A stretch of 64,000 nt of DNA, taken from contig OY760098.2 in the NCBI GenBank assembly GCA_963663065.2, positions 2,504,488 through 2,568,487 of the forward strand, written 5' to 3'. Under the pieces are notes generated by a model. The model made no database searches and had not been told where the DNA came from. It saw only the letters and a list, made by a program, of their open reading frames with translations. Of the stretch, positions 17,871 to 27,538 are shown in pieces (positions within the stretch are counted from its first letter, which is position 1; every line of letters starts with the position of its first letter). This DNA is from Aggregatilineales bacterium (GTDB lineage: Bacteria; Chloroflexota; Anaerolineae; Aggregatilineales; Phototrophicaceae). The translations under genes were made by a program, and so were the position numbers.

Positions 17871-20555
17871 CTAGCTGAAATCGGCTGTTGTGGGATAGCG
17901 GCTGGCGATAAATCGCGCGAGCAGTTGGTGGGGCGGTTGTTCCAAGCTTGGGTCTTCGCTATACAGCGCGCGCGCTTCTTGCTGGGCGACCTCCACAAGG
18001 TCCGCATAGGCTGGATCAAGCAGGTCGATATCCGGTATGCCGCTCTGGCGCGTGCCCAGCAATTCGCCCGTGCCCCGCAACTGCCAATCGCGGTCCGCCA
18101 AGACGAAGCCGTCATTGCTCTCTTCCATGGCGGCCAGGCGCTTCTCGGCAATGCTCAACGCGCCCTCGCTGATATCGCCGCTTTGCATCGCGCGGATGCG
18201 GTCGATATCGATATCCTTTGCGCTGTCGGGAATCAGGAAGCAATATGACTGCTGCTCTCCGCGGCCAACCCGCCCGCGAAATTGATGCAGCTGCGCCAAG
18301 CCAAAGCGGTTCGCGCCGTCTATCACGATGATGCTGGCATTGGGCGCATCCACGCCGACTTCCGCGACCGATGTCGTCACCATGACATCGTATTTGCCGG
18401 CGGCGAAATCCGCCATGAGCGCGTCTTTTTCCGCAGCGCTCATCCGCCCATGCAGCAGGCAGACCCGAAAGCGATAAAATACCTGGCTGAGCTTTTCAAA
18501 GGCTTCGACCGCCGAGGCCGTGTCCAGCGATGCGGATTTCTCGACCAGGGGATGAATGAAGAAGGCTTGCCGCCCTTGCTCAAGCTCCTCGACGACGAAA
18601 CCGTTCAGGCGTTCGCGGGCAGCCGGGTCGATTATCCAGGTTTTGACCGGCTTGCGCCCGGCCGGCTTCTCAGAAATGATGGATAAATCCAGGTCTGCGA
18701 AATAGGTTAGCGCCAGGCTGCGCGGGAAGGGCGTGGCCGACATGACCAGGAGATGGGGATTGCCGCCTTTGCCGCGCAGATGAGAACGCTGCTCGACGCC
18801 GAAGCGCTGCTGCTCATCGATGACCGCCACAGCCAGATCAGCAAACTGCACAGGCGCCTGGATTAGCGCTTGCGTGCCCACCACGATGTCGATGCTGCCC
18901 TCAGCGATATGGCGATAGGCGCTTTCGCGCTCGCTGGCGGTCAAGGCGCTGGTCAAGAAAGCGATTTTTGGCTTTGCCTCGCCGCTTATTCGCGCGAAGG
19001 TCCGGGTTACGGCGCGGAAATTCTGTTCCGCCAGGATGCCCGTTGGCGCCATGAGCGCGGCCTGTTTGCCATTGGCATAGGCGATGAAAAGCGCGACCAG
19101 GGCGACGGCTGTCTTTCCCGAACCCACATCGCCTTGCAGCAAGCGGTTCATAGGCAGCGCGCCCGACATATCGGCGCGGATTTCTTCTACGGCGCGTTTC
19201 TGGCCACCCGTGAGCTCAAAGTCAAAGGCTTCCCGCATGAATTGGCCGATGGCTGATTCGTCGATATTCAGTTGCGGTCCGGGCGCTGCCTGCCAGACGC
19301 GGCGTTTGCCCATCAGCGCCAATTGCAGCATAAAGAGCTCATCGAAAGCCAGGCGGCGTTTGGCATGATGCTTGTGATCGTCGCCGGCGGGGAAATGCGC
19401 CTGCCTGATCGCCCAGCCCAGGTCAGCCAGGTCATTGCGCTCCAGCACGGATTCGGGCATGGGATCGGGAATGCGCTTTTCCCATTGGCTTGTTAGCGCC
19501 TGCATCGTCCGGCGCAAGAGACGGGGCCGTAATCCTTTGGTCATGCCATAGACCGGCACAATGCCCGCCTTGCGCAAGTTGTCCAGGTCAAGCTCTTCCC
19601 ATTCCGGGTTGGCCATTTGCGGCCGATCGCGGAAATAGCCCACGCGGCCTCGCAGCAGCAGCTTCATGCCCGGTCGCAGCTTGGCGGAGAGATAGGGCTG
19701 GCTGAAAAAGCGGATGGACAGAGCGGCGCTATTGTCCGTGACATCGACGACCAGGTCGGCTCGTCCGCCCGAAGCTATTATCGAGCGAGCGCTGCTCACC
19801 GTGGCGATGACAATGGCAGTCTCGCCTGGCTGCAAATCGCAAATTGGCGAGAGCCGTGTGTAATCGACATAATCGCGGGGCAAGTTGTAAATCAGGTCGC
19901 GGACAGAGCGCAGGTTCAGCTGCCCCAGCAATTCGGCGTATTTCCGCCCGATGCCTTTCACGGAGCTGGTGGCTTGGTCTAATTCTTCATGAAAAGCCAG
20001 CTGGGCATCCAGGCTCTGGTTGGCGCGCTTATGCCGAGGCGGACGATCCAGCGATGGCAGCGGGGGGATATCCAGGCTGTGGTCGCCGAGCCCGCCGGTG
20101 AAGTCTTCATCAAATGAGGCGCTGTCGTCGCCCGGGAAACGATTGCGCCCGCCAGAACGCGTTTGCCGGGCCGGTTTCCAGTGGACATGATCTCGCCGAG
20201 AGCGCGCCTGGCTCTGTTTCGCCGGCGCCTTGGAGCTGGCTTGCATCTTGGCTTGCCATTCCGCCAGCCGCTTCTGATATTCGGGCGGCGCTTTCTGGCG
20301 ATCTACCACCCGGTCGAGCAAATAATTAATAGTATCGATGCGGGTCTCAGGCGCCTTGATCTTGGGGTAATCCATCAAGGCGTCGACAATCTCGTCGATA
20401 AGAATCTGATGCTGGGGGCGGCGCGCCTGTTCACGAGCCTCTTGCTGCCAGCTCGCGGCGAAAGCGCTCAGGCCGCCAACCACAGCGCTGTCCTTTGCGC
20501 CTTGAGAGCGTTCGAGCTTCAAAATCTTTATCAGCGTTTCCAGGGCGGATGGCAT
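17871..20555 (-). CDS. recG: ATP-dependent DNA helicase RecG (long N-terminal extension)
   Basis: 894 aa. Walker A GDVGSGKT, DEQQRFGV box and the LLHGRM...TTSVAEVGVD helicase C domain are present. Confidence 0.9.
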   Translation of the reverse strand: MPSALETLIKILKLERSQGAKDSAVVGGLSAFAASWQQEAREQARRPQHQILIDEIVDALMDYPKIKAPETRIDTINYLLDRVVDRQKAPPEYQKRLAEWQAKMQASSKAPAKQSQARSRRDHVHWKPARQTRSGGRNRFPGDDSASFDEDFTGGLGDHSLDIPPLPSLDRPPRHKRANQSLDAQLAFHEELDQATSSVKGIGRKYAELLGQLNLRSVRDLIYNLPRDYVDYTRLSPICDLQPGETAIVIATVSSARSIIASGGRADLVVDVTDNSAALSIRFFSQPYLSAKLRPGMKLLLRGRVGYFRDRPQMANPEWEELDLDNLRKAGIVPVYGMTKGLRPRLLRRTMQALTSQWEKRIPDPMPESVLERNDLADLGWAIRQAHFPAGDDHKHHAKRRLAFDELFMLQLALMGKRRVWQAAPGPQLNIDESAIGQFMREAFDFELTGGQKRAVEEIRADMSGALPMNRLLQGDVGSGKTAVALVALFIAYANGKQAALMAPTGILAEQNFRAVTRTFARISGEAKPKIAFLTSALTASERESAYRHIAEGSIDIVVGTQALIQAPVQFADLAVAVIDEQQRFGVEQRSHLRGKGGNPHLLVMSATPFPRSLALTYFADLDLSIISEKPAGRKPVKTWIIDPAARERLNGFVVEELEQGRQAFFIHPLVEKSASLDTASAVEAFEKLSQVFYRFRVCLLHGRMSAAEKDALMADFAAGKYDVMVTTSVAEVGVDAPNASIIVIDGANRFGLAQLHQFRGRVGRGEQQSYCFLIPDSAKDIDIDRIRAMQSGDISEGALSIAEKRLAAMEESNDGFVLADRDWQLRGTGELLGTRQSGIPDIDLLDPAYADLVEVAQQEARALYSEDPSLEQPPHQLLARFIASRYPTTADFS

Positions 20556-20558
20556 AGC

Positions 20559-21416
20559 TTAGCGCCTCCAGTCGCGGTTGAGCGCGGCCAGGCCTATCGA
20601 GCCGGGACCGATATGCGTGCCGATTGTGGGCGTTGTTTCAATGACAAGTGTATCAGATGGCGCGATAGCCTGTATGGAGCGCAAGAAACTTTCCGCGCCG
20701 GGGCGATTGGCCACATGCAGGACCGCAAGCCTTTCCAGGGGCGCATGCTCGCGCGTTAAATCTCGCAGGCGCTGTTCCGCCCGTTTCCAGGTTCGCAGAC
20801 GCCCGATTGAACGCACCTCGCCCTCGGCCACTTCAATGACGGGTTTGATGCTCAAGATTCCGCCCAGGCTGGCCGCCAGCGCAGTGACGCGGCCGCTGCG
20901 GCGCAGGTATTCCATGGTGTCGATTACGGCATATACCCGCGTATGACGGCGAACGTTTTCGATGGCGGCCAGGATCGTCTGCGCGCCCGCGCCATTGTTT
21001 GCCAGCTCAGCCGCCGCCCAAACTTGCAAGCCGATGCCAAATGCCAGCTGCATGCTGTCCACCAGGGTGATGCGGTCTTTGGCGACGGATTCAGCCCCCA
21101 GCCGCATGGCGTTCAATGTGCCGCTCAATTTGGCAGGCACGTGAAGGGAGATGATCTCATCGAAGCCGGCGCTGAGGATGCCTTCGTAAAATAGGGCGGC
21201 GTCGCCGGGCGATGGGGCGGCTGTAGTCGGCTGGGATGTCATGCCGGGCAATTCGCGATAAAACTCCGCGCGATCAAGCTGCTGGCCATCATCGGCGATG
21301 CTGTCTCCGTCGATATTGACATAGGTAGGAATGATGTGAACGCCCAGCGCTTCCGCCAGATCGGGCGGCAAGTCGCAGACGCTGTCCGCGGCGATTGCAA
21401 TCGGCTTAGAAGTCAT
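20559..21416 (-). CDS. DegV family fatty-acid-binding protein
   Basis: The ORF track extends to 21710, but ATG at 21416 (MTSKPIAIAADSVCDLP...) overlaps the upstream degV stop by 11 nt. This gives 285 aa, a typical DegV length. Confidence 0.8.
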   Translation of the reverse strand: MTSKPIAIAADSVCDLPPDLAEALGVHIIPTYVNIDGDSIADDGQQLDRAEFYRELPGMTSQPTTAAPSPGDAALFYEGILSAGFDEIISLHVPAKLSGTLNAMRLGAESVAKDRITLVDSMQLAFGIGLQVWAAAELANNGAGAQTILAAIENVRRHTRVYAVIDTMEYLRRSGRVTALAASLGGILSIKPVIEVAEGEVRSIGRLRTWKRAEQRLRDLTREHAPLERLAVLHVANRPGAESFLRSIQAIAPSDTLVIETTPTIGTHIGPGSIGLAALNRDWRR

Positions 21417-22284
21417 AATCAAGCGGCTCGGATTCTTTCTCGAGGACGGCCACGCCGGTGGCGGCTGTGCCCAGGTACGCGGCCATGGTAGCGCTATACA
21501 TGGTGAAGGGGAAATGCTGTCCCGGGAATTCCAGCGCCAGGCGATCTTGCAAGATGCGCGTTTCTTCGCTGATATGCCACTTGTTCTGCAATACGACGGC
21601 GTCTTCCAGTTCATTGAACTCGACAAGGAACTCGACGATGCGTTCGATGATCTCACTGCTGGCTCGCGCCTTCTCGATGACGATGACCTGGCCCTCTTCC
21701 AGGCTAACAAGCGGTTTGATTTCCAGGCGCCGGCTTAAGATGGCGTGCGAGGGCTTGATGAAGCCGTTGGCGCCTAAGAAGTTGACATCCTCAATGCAGT
21801 AGACCGAGTAGATCCTGTTGACCGCTTGTCGCACGGTCTGAATAATGTCTTCGGCATTGTTATGTTCCTCAGCCGCGCGCGCCGCCACGCGTATCAGCAT
21901 GCCTTGCCCGGCGCAGAGACTGCCCGAATCAATTACGGCGATCTCGCAGCCGCTGTTCACCTGCTGGGCAGCCAAGCGGCCGTTGCGCCAGCTTTCGGAG
22001 AGTTCGCGCGACGGGTGGACCGAGATCACGGCATCGCAAAAATGCGACAAGCGGGCGAACAACTCCGCGTATTCATTTTCCGATGGCGGAATGATCCTTG
22101 GCGGAGCCTCAAGCTGGGAAATCCGCCTGAAAGCTTCTTCGGTGCTGATGTCAATATCTTCCTGAAATCGCCGGCTGCCGATCTCTATGATATTTGGCAT
22201 GATGGTCACGGGGAAATGCCGCACCAGGCGCGGGTTGGAAAAGCGCGCCCCGCTATCGGTGACGATGTGAATTCTCGTCTTCAT
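21406..22284 (-). CDS. DegV family fatty-acid-binding protein (paralog)
   Basis: 292 aa starting MKTRIHIVTDSGARF; DegV-like throughout. Confidence 0.8.
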   Translation of the reverse strand: MKTRIHIVTDSGARFSNPRLVRHFPVTIMPNIIEIGSRRFQEDIDISTEEAFRRISQLEAPPRIIPPSENEYAELFARLSHFCDAVISVHPSRELSESWRNGRLAAQQVNSGCEIAVIDSGSLCAGQGMLIRVAARAAEEHNNAEDIIQTVRQAVNRIYSVYCIEDVNFLGANGFIKPSHAILSRRLEIKPLVSLEEGQVIVIEKARASSEIIERIVEFLVEFNELEDAVVLQNKWHISEETRILQDRLALEFPGQHFPFTMYSATMAAYLGTAATGVAVLEKESEPLDYDF

Positions 22285-23888
22285 TCCACGCTCACCAGTA
22301 GCGGATACAATGCCTGGCCGCCATACAGGGCTTCAAATTCGATTTCGCTGAATGTCCTTTCGAGCGCGGCGATGACTTGGCTGGCGCAATCCATATCCAG
22401 GTCCGCGCCGCAATACAGGGTGGCCAGGTCTTTGTCGTCCAATGGCGCGAGCCGAAGCGCCTCATGCAGAGCGCTCTTGATGTCGCCGCTGGCTGCGCGA
22501 ATCTCGCCATTGATTATCGCGATATACTCGCCTGGGCGGATCTCCATTTCCGGCAGTCTGGCTGAGCGCGTGGCGATTGTGATTTGGATGGCAACGTTGC
22601 TTTGAAGCGCCCGCTCCATTGCAGCGATACAGGCATCAAAGTCGGCATCTTGGTCTCTGGCGTCGCCATAAGCCACCAGAGCGCTGATGCCTGCCTGCAT
22701 GGTTTTCGTGGGCAGGACGGTCGCGTTTCTGCTATGCCGCATGCTCGCGGCTTGCTCGGCTGCCAGCGCAATGTCCTTGTGATTGGGCAGGATGATGATG
22801 TTCCGCGCCGCCTGGCTTTCTATGGCCAGGATGAAGTCTTCAGTGGCTGGATTGCTGCCCGCGCCGCCGGTGATGATATGGCTGCAATTCAGGTCGCGGA
22901 AGATTGCCTGCATGCCGTCGCCCTCCGCCACCGCGATGATCGCCACGTCGTCCTGAAGGGGCAGCATCCGCGTTCGACTGGCGAAGTCATGCGCCTGTAT
23001 CCCCATATTCTCGACCACTACGTCGGTCAGCGCAGCGCCGGCTCTCACGGCATAGTCCAGGGGCAGGGCGGGATTCTCGACATGGACATGCACCTTGATG
23101 GCGGCGGCATCGCCAACCACGATCACGGACCAGCCCATGCGCTCCATCGCCCTCCGCGCCGCCATGATATCCAGCCCTTTGCCTAGCATCAGGAATTGCA
23201 CATCGTAGCCATATTCTTCGCGTTCCGATATTTCATGCGCCGGTCGCTGGAAATCGCTGGCAGTTGGCAGGTCCAGGACTTCCGCGCCCGCGCATTGCCG
23301 CAGCATGCCCTGCAGGAAACAGAGCAATCCCATCCCGCCCGCGTCAACCACGCCGGCTTCCCGCAAGACCGGCAGCAGATTGGGACTGTTGTTCAGCGAG
23401 ACTTGGGCCGCTTCCACCAGGCAGGCAAAGGCCTCATCCAGCTCGCCATCAGCGGGCAGGCTCTGCGCCGCTTCCCTGGCCACCGTCAGCATGGTGCCTT
23501 CCACCGGCTGGGATACAGCCGCGTAAGCCCGCTCGACCGCCTCATTGCATGCCTGCATGAAAAGCGGAAGAGTCAAGGTCTTGGCTTGCCCGAGCCCATC
23601 CGCGAAGCCAGCCAGCAGCTGCGACATGATTGTGCCGCTGTTGCCCCGCGCTCCCATTAACGCGCCATAAGCGTAACGCTGAGCGACCGCGCCAAGGGCA
23701 GCATCTTCGCTGGCCGCGATTTCCTGCCAAGCTCGCCGCAAGGTGTGATGCAGGTTCACGCCGGTATCGCCATCGGGCACGGGGTAGACATTGAGATCGT
23801 TGATCAGCGGCGCATTATTCGACACGTTTTGCAGTCCAGCGCCGAACAGGGTTTTCAGCCACTGACCGTCAAAGGGAATATGTGTCAT
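22281..23888 (-). CDS. DAK2-domain protein, YloV-like
   Basis: 535 aa. N-terminal DAK2 motifs (YPVPDGDTGVNL, GARGNSGTI) and a C-terminal YloV-type domain. The position next to degV and recG matches the Firmicutes yloV-recG neighbourhood. Confidence 0.8.
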   Translation of the reverse strand: MTHIPFDGQWLKTLFGAGLQNVSNNAPLINDLNVYPVPDGDTGVNLHHTLRRAWQEIAASEDAALGAVAQRYAYGALMGARGNSGTIMSQLLAGFADGLGQAKTLTLPLFMQACNEAVERAYAAVSQPVEGTMLTVAREAAQSLPADGELDEAFACLVEAAQVSLNNSPNLLPVLREAGVVDAGGMGLLCFLQGMLRQCAGAEVLDLPTASDFQRPAHEISEREEYGYDVQFLMLGKGLDIMAARRAMERMGWSVIVVGDAAAIKVHVHVENPALPLDYAVRAGAALTDVVVENMGIQAHDFASRTRMLPLQDDVAIIAVAEGDGMQAIFRDLNCSHIITGGAGSNPATEDFILAIESQAARNIIILPNHKDIALAAEQAASMRHSRNATVLPTKTMQAGISALVAYGDARDQDADFDACIAAMERALQSNVAIQITIATRSARLPEMEIRPGEYIAIINGEIRAASGDIKSALHEALRLAPLDDKDLATLYCGADLDMDCASQVIAALERTFSEIEFEALYGGQALYPLLVSVE

Positions 23889-24574
23889 CGGATCTCGTCA
23901 TCACAATCGCTGGCGGCCTCGCGCAGTTCGCTAATGCCCGCGGCGATGCCCCGCTCATGCCCAAAGATGCTGGCGCCGGCGATAGCCACATTGGCGCCCG
24001 CTTGGATCGCCTTCCCGATTGTCCGGCTGTTGATGCCGCCATCCACTTCGATATCGATCCGCCTGGAATGCGCATCCGCCATGGCGCGCAGCTGGCGGAT
24101 CTTGGGGAGCGTACCGGTGATGAAGCGCTGGCCGCCAAAACCGGGATTGACCGTCATCACATTGATGAGACTCGCCATGTCCAGGATTTCCGCGATGGAC
24201 TGAACGCCTGTATGCGGGTTGAGGGCGACGCCAGCTTGGCAGCCTAGTTCGGCGATCCTTGCCAGCGCGCGATGCAGATGCCGGCAGGCTTCCACATGCA
24301 CGGTGATGCTGTTGGCGCCGCTATCGGCAAAGCGCTCCAAGAAATTCTCCGGTTCTTCGATCATCAGATGCACATCCAGCGGGATTTCCGCAACCTTGGC
24401 CACCGCCTCGACCACCAGAGGACCCATGGTGATATTGGGCACAAACTGGCCATCCATGACGTCGATATGAATCAGATCGGCGCCGGCTGCCTGGGCTTCC
24501 ATAACTTGGTCGCCAAGCTGTCGGAAGTCTGCGGCCAATATCGATGGCGCGATCTTGATCCTCGCATTGGGCAT
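23885..24574 (-). CDS. rpe: Ribulose-phosphate 3-epimerase
   Basis: 229 aa. IAPSILAADF...IHIDVMDGQFVPNIT is a textbook Rpe sequence. Confidence 0.92.
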   Translation of the reverse strand: MPNARIKIAPSILAADFRQLGDQVMEAQAAGADLIHIDVMDGQFVPNITMGPLVVEAVAKVAEIPLDVHLMIEEPENFLERFADSGANSITVHVEACRHLHRALARIAELGCQAGVALNPHTGVQSIAEILDMASLINVMTVNPGFGGQRFITGTLPKIRQLRAMADAHSRRIDIEVDGGINSRTIGKAIQAGANVAIAGASIFGHERGIAAGISELREAASDCDDEIR

Positions 24575-24610
24575 TGTGGCGCTCGCAGGTCCGCGTCATT
24601 TGCGCCTCTG

Positions 24611-24639
24611 ATATTACAGCCTAAAGCCAGCCGACGCAA
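24611..24639 (-). promoter_or_regulatory. Candidate promoter for the rpe-yloV-degV-degV-recG gene string
   Basis: Minus strand: TTGCGT, 17-nt spacer, TAATAT, ending about 37 nt upstream of the rpe ATG. Confidence 0.4.
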
Positions 24640-24678
24640 TACAGCGCCAGCAGCGGCAGTGTGCCCTTTACGGTTGAA

Positions 24679-24942
24679 TCACAACTGTTCTGTCACCGAG
24701 TACACCGAGAACAAAGAGTATGTTGAGGGAAAGCAAGAACAATTTGATCGCTGCTTGTCCTCCCAAACCAGCGTCATGAGGGGCGAGAGGCGGGCTTCGT
24801 CGACGGTCAGCATCGCCACGATCTGCGCGCCCCAAGTCTGGCCCTCCAACAGAACGGGCTCCAGTTTTTCGCAGGGCTTGCCTGCCAACAAATGCGTCAT
24901 CCAATCTGTGGAGAACCTGAATCTAGCCCAATAGAATTCCAA
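24679..24942 (-). CDS. Orphan 87-codon ORF of unknown function (possibly a gene remnant)
   Basis: TTG start. The middle of the ORF has host-like GC3. The 3' third lies in an AT-shifted stretch where I counted 57 G+C in 120 nt (24661-24780). No family recognised. Confidence 0.25.
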   Translation of the reverse strand: MEFYWARFRFSTDWMTHLLAGKPCEKLEPVLLEGQTWGAQIVAMLTVDEARLSPLMTLVWEDKQRSNCSCFPSTYSLFSVYSVTEQL

Positions 24943-25004
24943 CCGAATTCGATACGCTTCTCCAGCAGCGGAAAGCTTGCATAGCGCGGCGGAGGGGACC
25001 GAAA

Positions 25005-26048
25005 TCAGGCGATGTCTTCTCTGGACACGACGGCGGTTATGAGCTGGCCGCAGCCGGCGTCGATATCGATCCCGCGGCGGACGCGCACGGTCGCGCTGAT
25101 CCCATAGCTGCGCAGAATGGCGATGAAACGGTCCAGCTTGGCAGTGGATGCCGGCTGGGCGGTGTAACGTTCAGTCGGATTCAGCGGGATGACATTGACA
25201 TGACAGAGCAAGCCAGCCAGGAGTTGCCCCAGGCGGCGCGCTTCGGCTTCGCTGTCGTTTTGGCCGGCGATGGCTGCCCATTCAAAACTGATCCGCCGAT
25301 TTGTACGCGAAACATAGTATTTGCAGGCATCCAACAATTCGGCGATATTCCAGCGGCGATTGACCGGCAGCAGCGCCGAACGGGCTGCGTCATCGGTTTT
25401 GTGCAGGCTGACCGCGAGCTGGGCCTGACTGCCCTCATCGGCGAATCGGCGAATCTGTGGCGCGAGGCCGACGGTGCTGATGGTGATATGGCGCGCGCCA
25501 ATGCCCAGCCTGTCCATCAACTGGCGAACCGCTTCCATGGTGGCTTCATAATTGTGAAAGGGCTCGCCCATGCCCATGAAGACCACATTGCTGAGGCGCT
25601 CGCCCCGAGCCGCCAGATCCCGCGCGAAGAGCATGGCTTGCTCGAAGATCTCCGCCGCCTTCAGCTGCCGCCCGAAGCCCATCTGGCCTGTGGCGCAGAA
25701 AACGCAGCCCATGGCGCAGCCGGCTTGCGAGGAAATGCAGGCTGTCTGGCGCTTGTCAGCATAGGGCATCAAGACAGACTCGATCAGCTGGCCATCGGCG
25801 AGGCGATAAAGTCGTTTCTCCGTGCCGTCGCGGCTGGTTTGTTGGGCGGCCAATTCCAGGCTGCCCAGGGTCGCTCGCGTCTTGAGTACGGCGATGGTGG
25901 CGGTGGGCAGGTTGTTCATGGAGTCAATGCTGGATACGCGCCGCTTGTAGAGCCAATCCCAGATTTGCCGGGCGCGGAAAGGCTTCTCGCCAAGCGCGCT
26001 GACGAGTTCAGCCAGTTCCTCAAATGACAAGGCATACAGGTTGATCAT
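25005..26048 (-). CDS. rlmN: 23S rRNA/tRNA (adenine-C2)-methyltransferase RlmN, radical SAM
   Basis: 347 aa. CISSQAGCAMGCVFCATGQMG contains the CxxxCxxC cluster, and the C-terminal GIDIDAGCGQL motif is present. Confidence 0.92.
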   Translation of the reverse strand: MINLYALSFEELAELVSALGEKPFRARQIWDWLYKRRVSSIDSMNNLPTATIAVLKTRATLGSLELAAQQTSRDGTEKRLYRLADGQLIESVLMPYADKRQTACISSQAGCAMGCVFCATGQMGFGRQLKAAEIFEQAMLFARDLAARGERLSNVVFMGMGEPFHNYEATMEAVRQLMDRLGIGARHITISTVGLAPQIRRFADEGSQAQLAVSLHKTDDAARSALLPVNRRWNIAELLDACKYYVSRTNRRISFEWAAIAGQNDSEAEARRLGQLLAGLLCHVNVIPLNPTERYTAQPASTAKLDRFIAILRSYGISATVRVRRGIDIDAGCGQLITAVVSREDIA

Positions 26049-26069
26049 GCGGGGGGACCAGTCAGCGCA

Positions 26070-26918
26070 TTATGTTCCGGCCAGATAGGGCAAGAAATTG
26101 AAGACGGCATGCGCGATTATGGCGGCGCTGGTGTGATAGCGGGTTCGCAGCCAGGCGAAACCCAGCGAGACGCCAAACAAGATCAAAAGCGCTGGCGTCA
26201 AAGCGTACTGCTGATGCGTCGCCGTGAAGAAGAGCGAAGACAGAAACATGCCGAAGACCGGCTGCAGCGCGCCGCGATAGAAGGTCTCTTCGGAAACGGC
26301 TGGCACGACCGCCAAAATCAGCGAAGCGGCCAGCGACCCCGAAAAGGCCTCGGAATACTGGCGGGCGGCTTTGGTCTGCCGCTCGAAGACATCCGCGGGC
26401 ACAGCCTGCTCCCAGATTGCCACAGCCGCCATCATAAGCAGCCACAAGCCAGCGCCGACAGCGACGCTGACACAGACTTCTTTGAGTGAAGGCATGCGCA
26501 GGCACAGGCGATGCAGAATCGCCGGCAGCCCTCTTCGCGTGAGCAAGCCGACGCCCAGGAAAGCCGCCGCCAAGTGGAGCGCGCCCGTCCCTAGCAACTC
26601 CGGCAAGGCGTCGCGCAGCGCCACAGCGAATTCTTCGCCTTCGCTCGGCAACAGCATATTCAGGATCGTCATGAGAAATCCCAGAATAAGCAGGAGCGCG
26701 GCGGATCGATGCACTGGCTTGTCGGGGTCAAAGGCCGGCGATTCGGCAAAGCTCAAGCGATTTACAGCAGCTGCGCAAGCTCGCCAAAGCCCGCCGATGT
26801 TCACCAGCCCTAACGTCAGGATCGCCAGAAGCGAGGAAAGACCCGGACGTTTGGTTGCCAGGTTGGCCGCGCAGATTTGCGGCAGAGTGAGTATAGCTAT
26901 CAGGAGGATTCCGGACAT
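26070..26918 (-). CDS. CPBP family intramembrane glutamic endopeptidase (CAAX protease-like)
   Basis: 282 aa, polytopic. Motif 1 is SEETFYRGALQ and motif HAVFNF lies near the C-terminus. Confidence 0.8.
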   Translation of the reverse strand: MSGILLIAILTLPQICAANLATKRPGLSSLLAILTLGLVNIGGLWRACAAAVNRLSFAESPAFDPDKPVHRSAALLLILGFLMTILNMLLPSEGEEFAVALRDALPELLGTGALHLAAAFLGVGLLTRRGLPAILHRLCLRMPSLKEVCVSVAVGAGLWLLMMAAVAIWEQAVPADVFERQTKAARQYSEAFSGSLAASLILAVVPAVSEETFYRGALQPVFGMFLSSLFFTATHQQYALTPALLILFGVSLGFAWLRTRYHTSAAIIAHAVFNFLPYLAGT

Positions 26919-26997
26919 ATTGAGTTTTGCCTGGACGATTGTATGCCAGTATAGATGAATAGGCTGCTAGACTCAACGTGCGCAACGCAGGGCAATC

Positions 26998-27342
26998 GCT
27001 TCATCTTGCAGATGAGGCACAGTCCACGTTTTTCTCCCAGACTTCGTGAGCTTTAGGGGCGATTCTGTGAATAGCCCGCATTTATTCTGCTGTTTGCATG
27101 GGCGCCACACAGTGTAGCCCCTGTTTACATTGCGAGATACAGACCCCACCCCCGGCCCCAGCCGACATCTCTAGCGCGCGTAGACACTGCGCCTCAGTCG
27201 AGCAATCCGACGAGCCAGGGAGGGGGTGTTCAACCTCCGGGCAATGTATTTTGCGTGAGCCGTCGCAAGGTGACGCGGCTGTCTGCAAAGTGCTCATTAT
27301 TCGTGGAAAACGGGCATATTGGATTTTGAGGCGATTGCCCTG
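26998..27342. mobile_element. MITE-like non-coding element, long copy (345 bp)
   Basis: 12-bp terminal inverted repeats CAGGGCAATCGC (26998-27009) and GCGATTGCCCTG (27331-27342). GCGCAACG flanks both ends (26990-26997 and 27345-27352). Internal TAGGGGCG...CCCGC and CATGGGCG...AGCCCCT modules are colinear with the copy at 31195-31389. Confidence 0.55.
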
Positions 27343-27361
27343 GGGCGCAACGGGCTGGGCG

Positions 27362-27390
27362 TTGACAGGCGCTTGACGCCGTGCTAGCAT
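27362..27390 (+). promoter_or_regulatory. Sigma70-like promoter for the tRNA-Ser pair
   Basis: TTGACA (27362-27367), 17-nt spacer, TAGCAT (27385-27390), about 29 nt upstream of the first tRNA. Confidence 0.5.
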
Positions 27391-27418
27391 AGGCTCTGCC
27401 ACGTCAGGGCTGATTGTT

Positions 27419-27505
27419 GGAGAGGTGGCCGAGTGGTTTAAGGCGATGGTCTTGAAAACCATTGTACGGTCCTCCGTACCGCAGGTTCGAATCCTGTCCT
27501 CTCCG
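27419..27505 (+). tRNA. tRNA-Ser (anticodon UGA)
   Basis: Acceptor stem GGAGAGG/CCTCTCC, anticodon loop CT-TGA-AA, long variable arm (TGTACGGTCCTCCGTACC) and T-loop GGTTCGAATCC. CCA is not fully encoded. Confidence 0.9.
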
Positions 27506-27538
27506 CCTTAGACCCTTTACAGTTGAATAGCTCTTACT

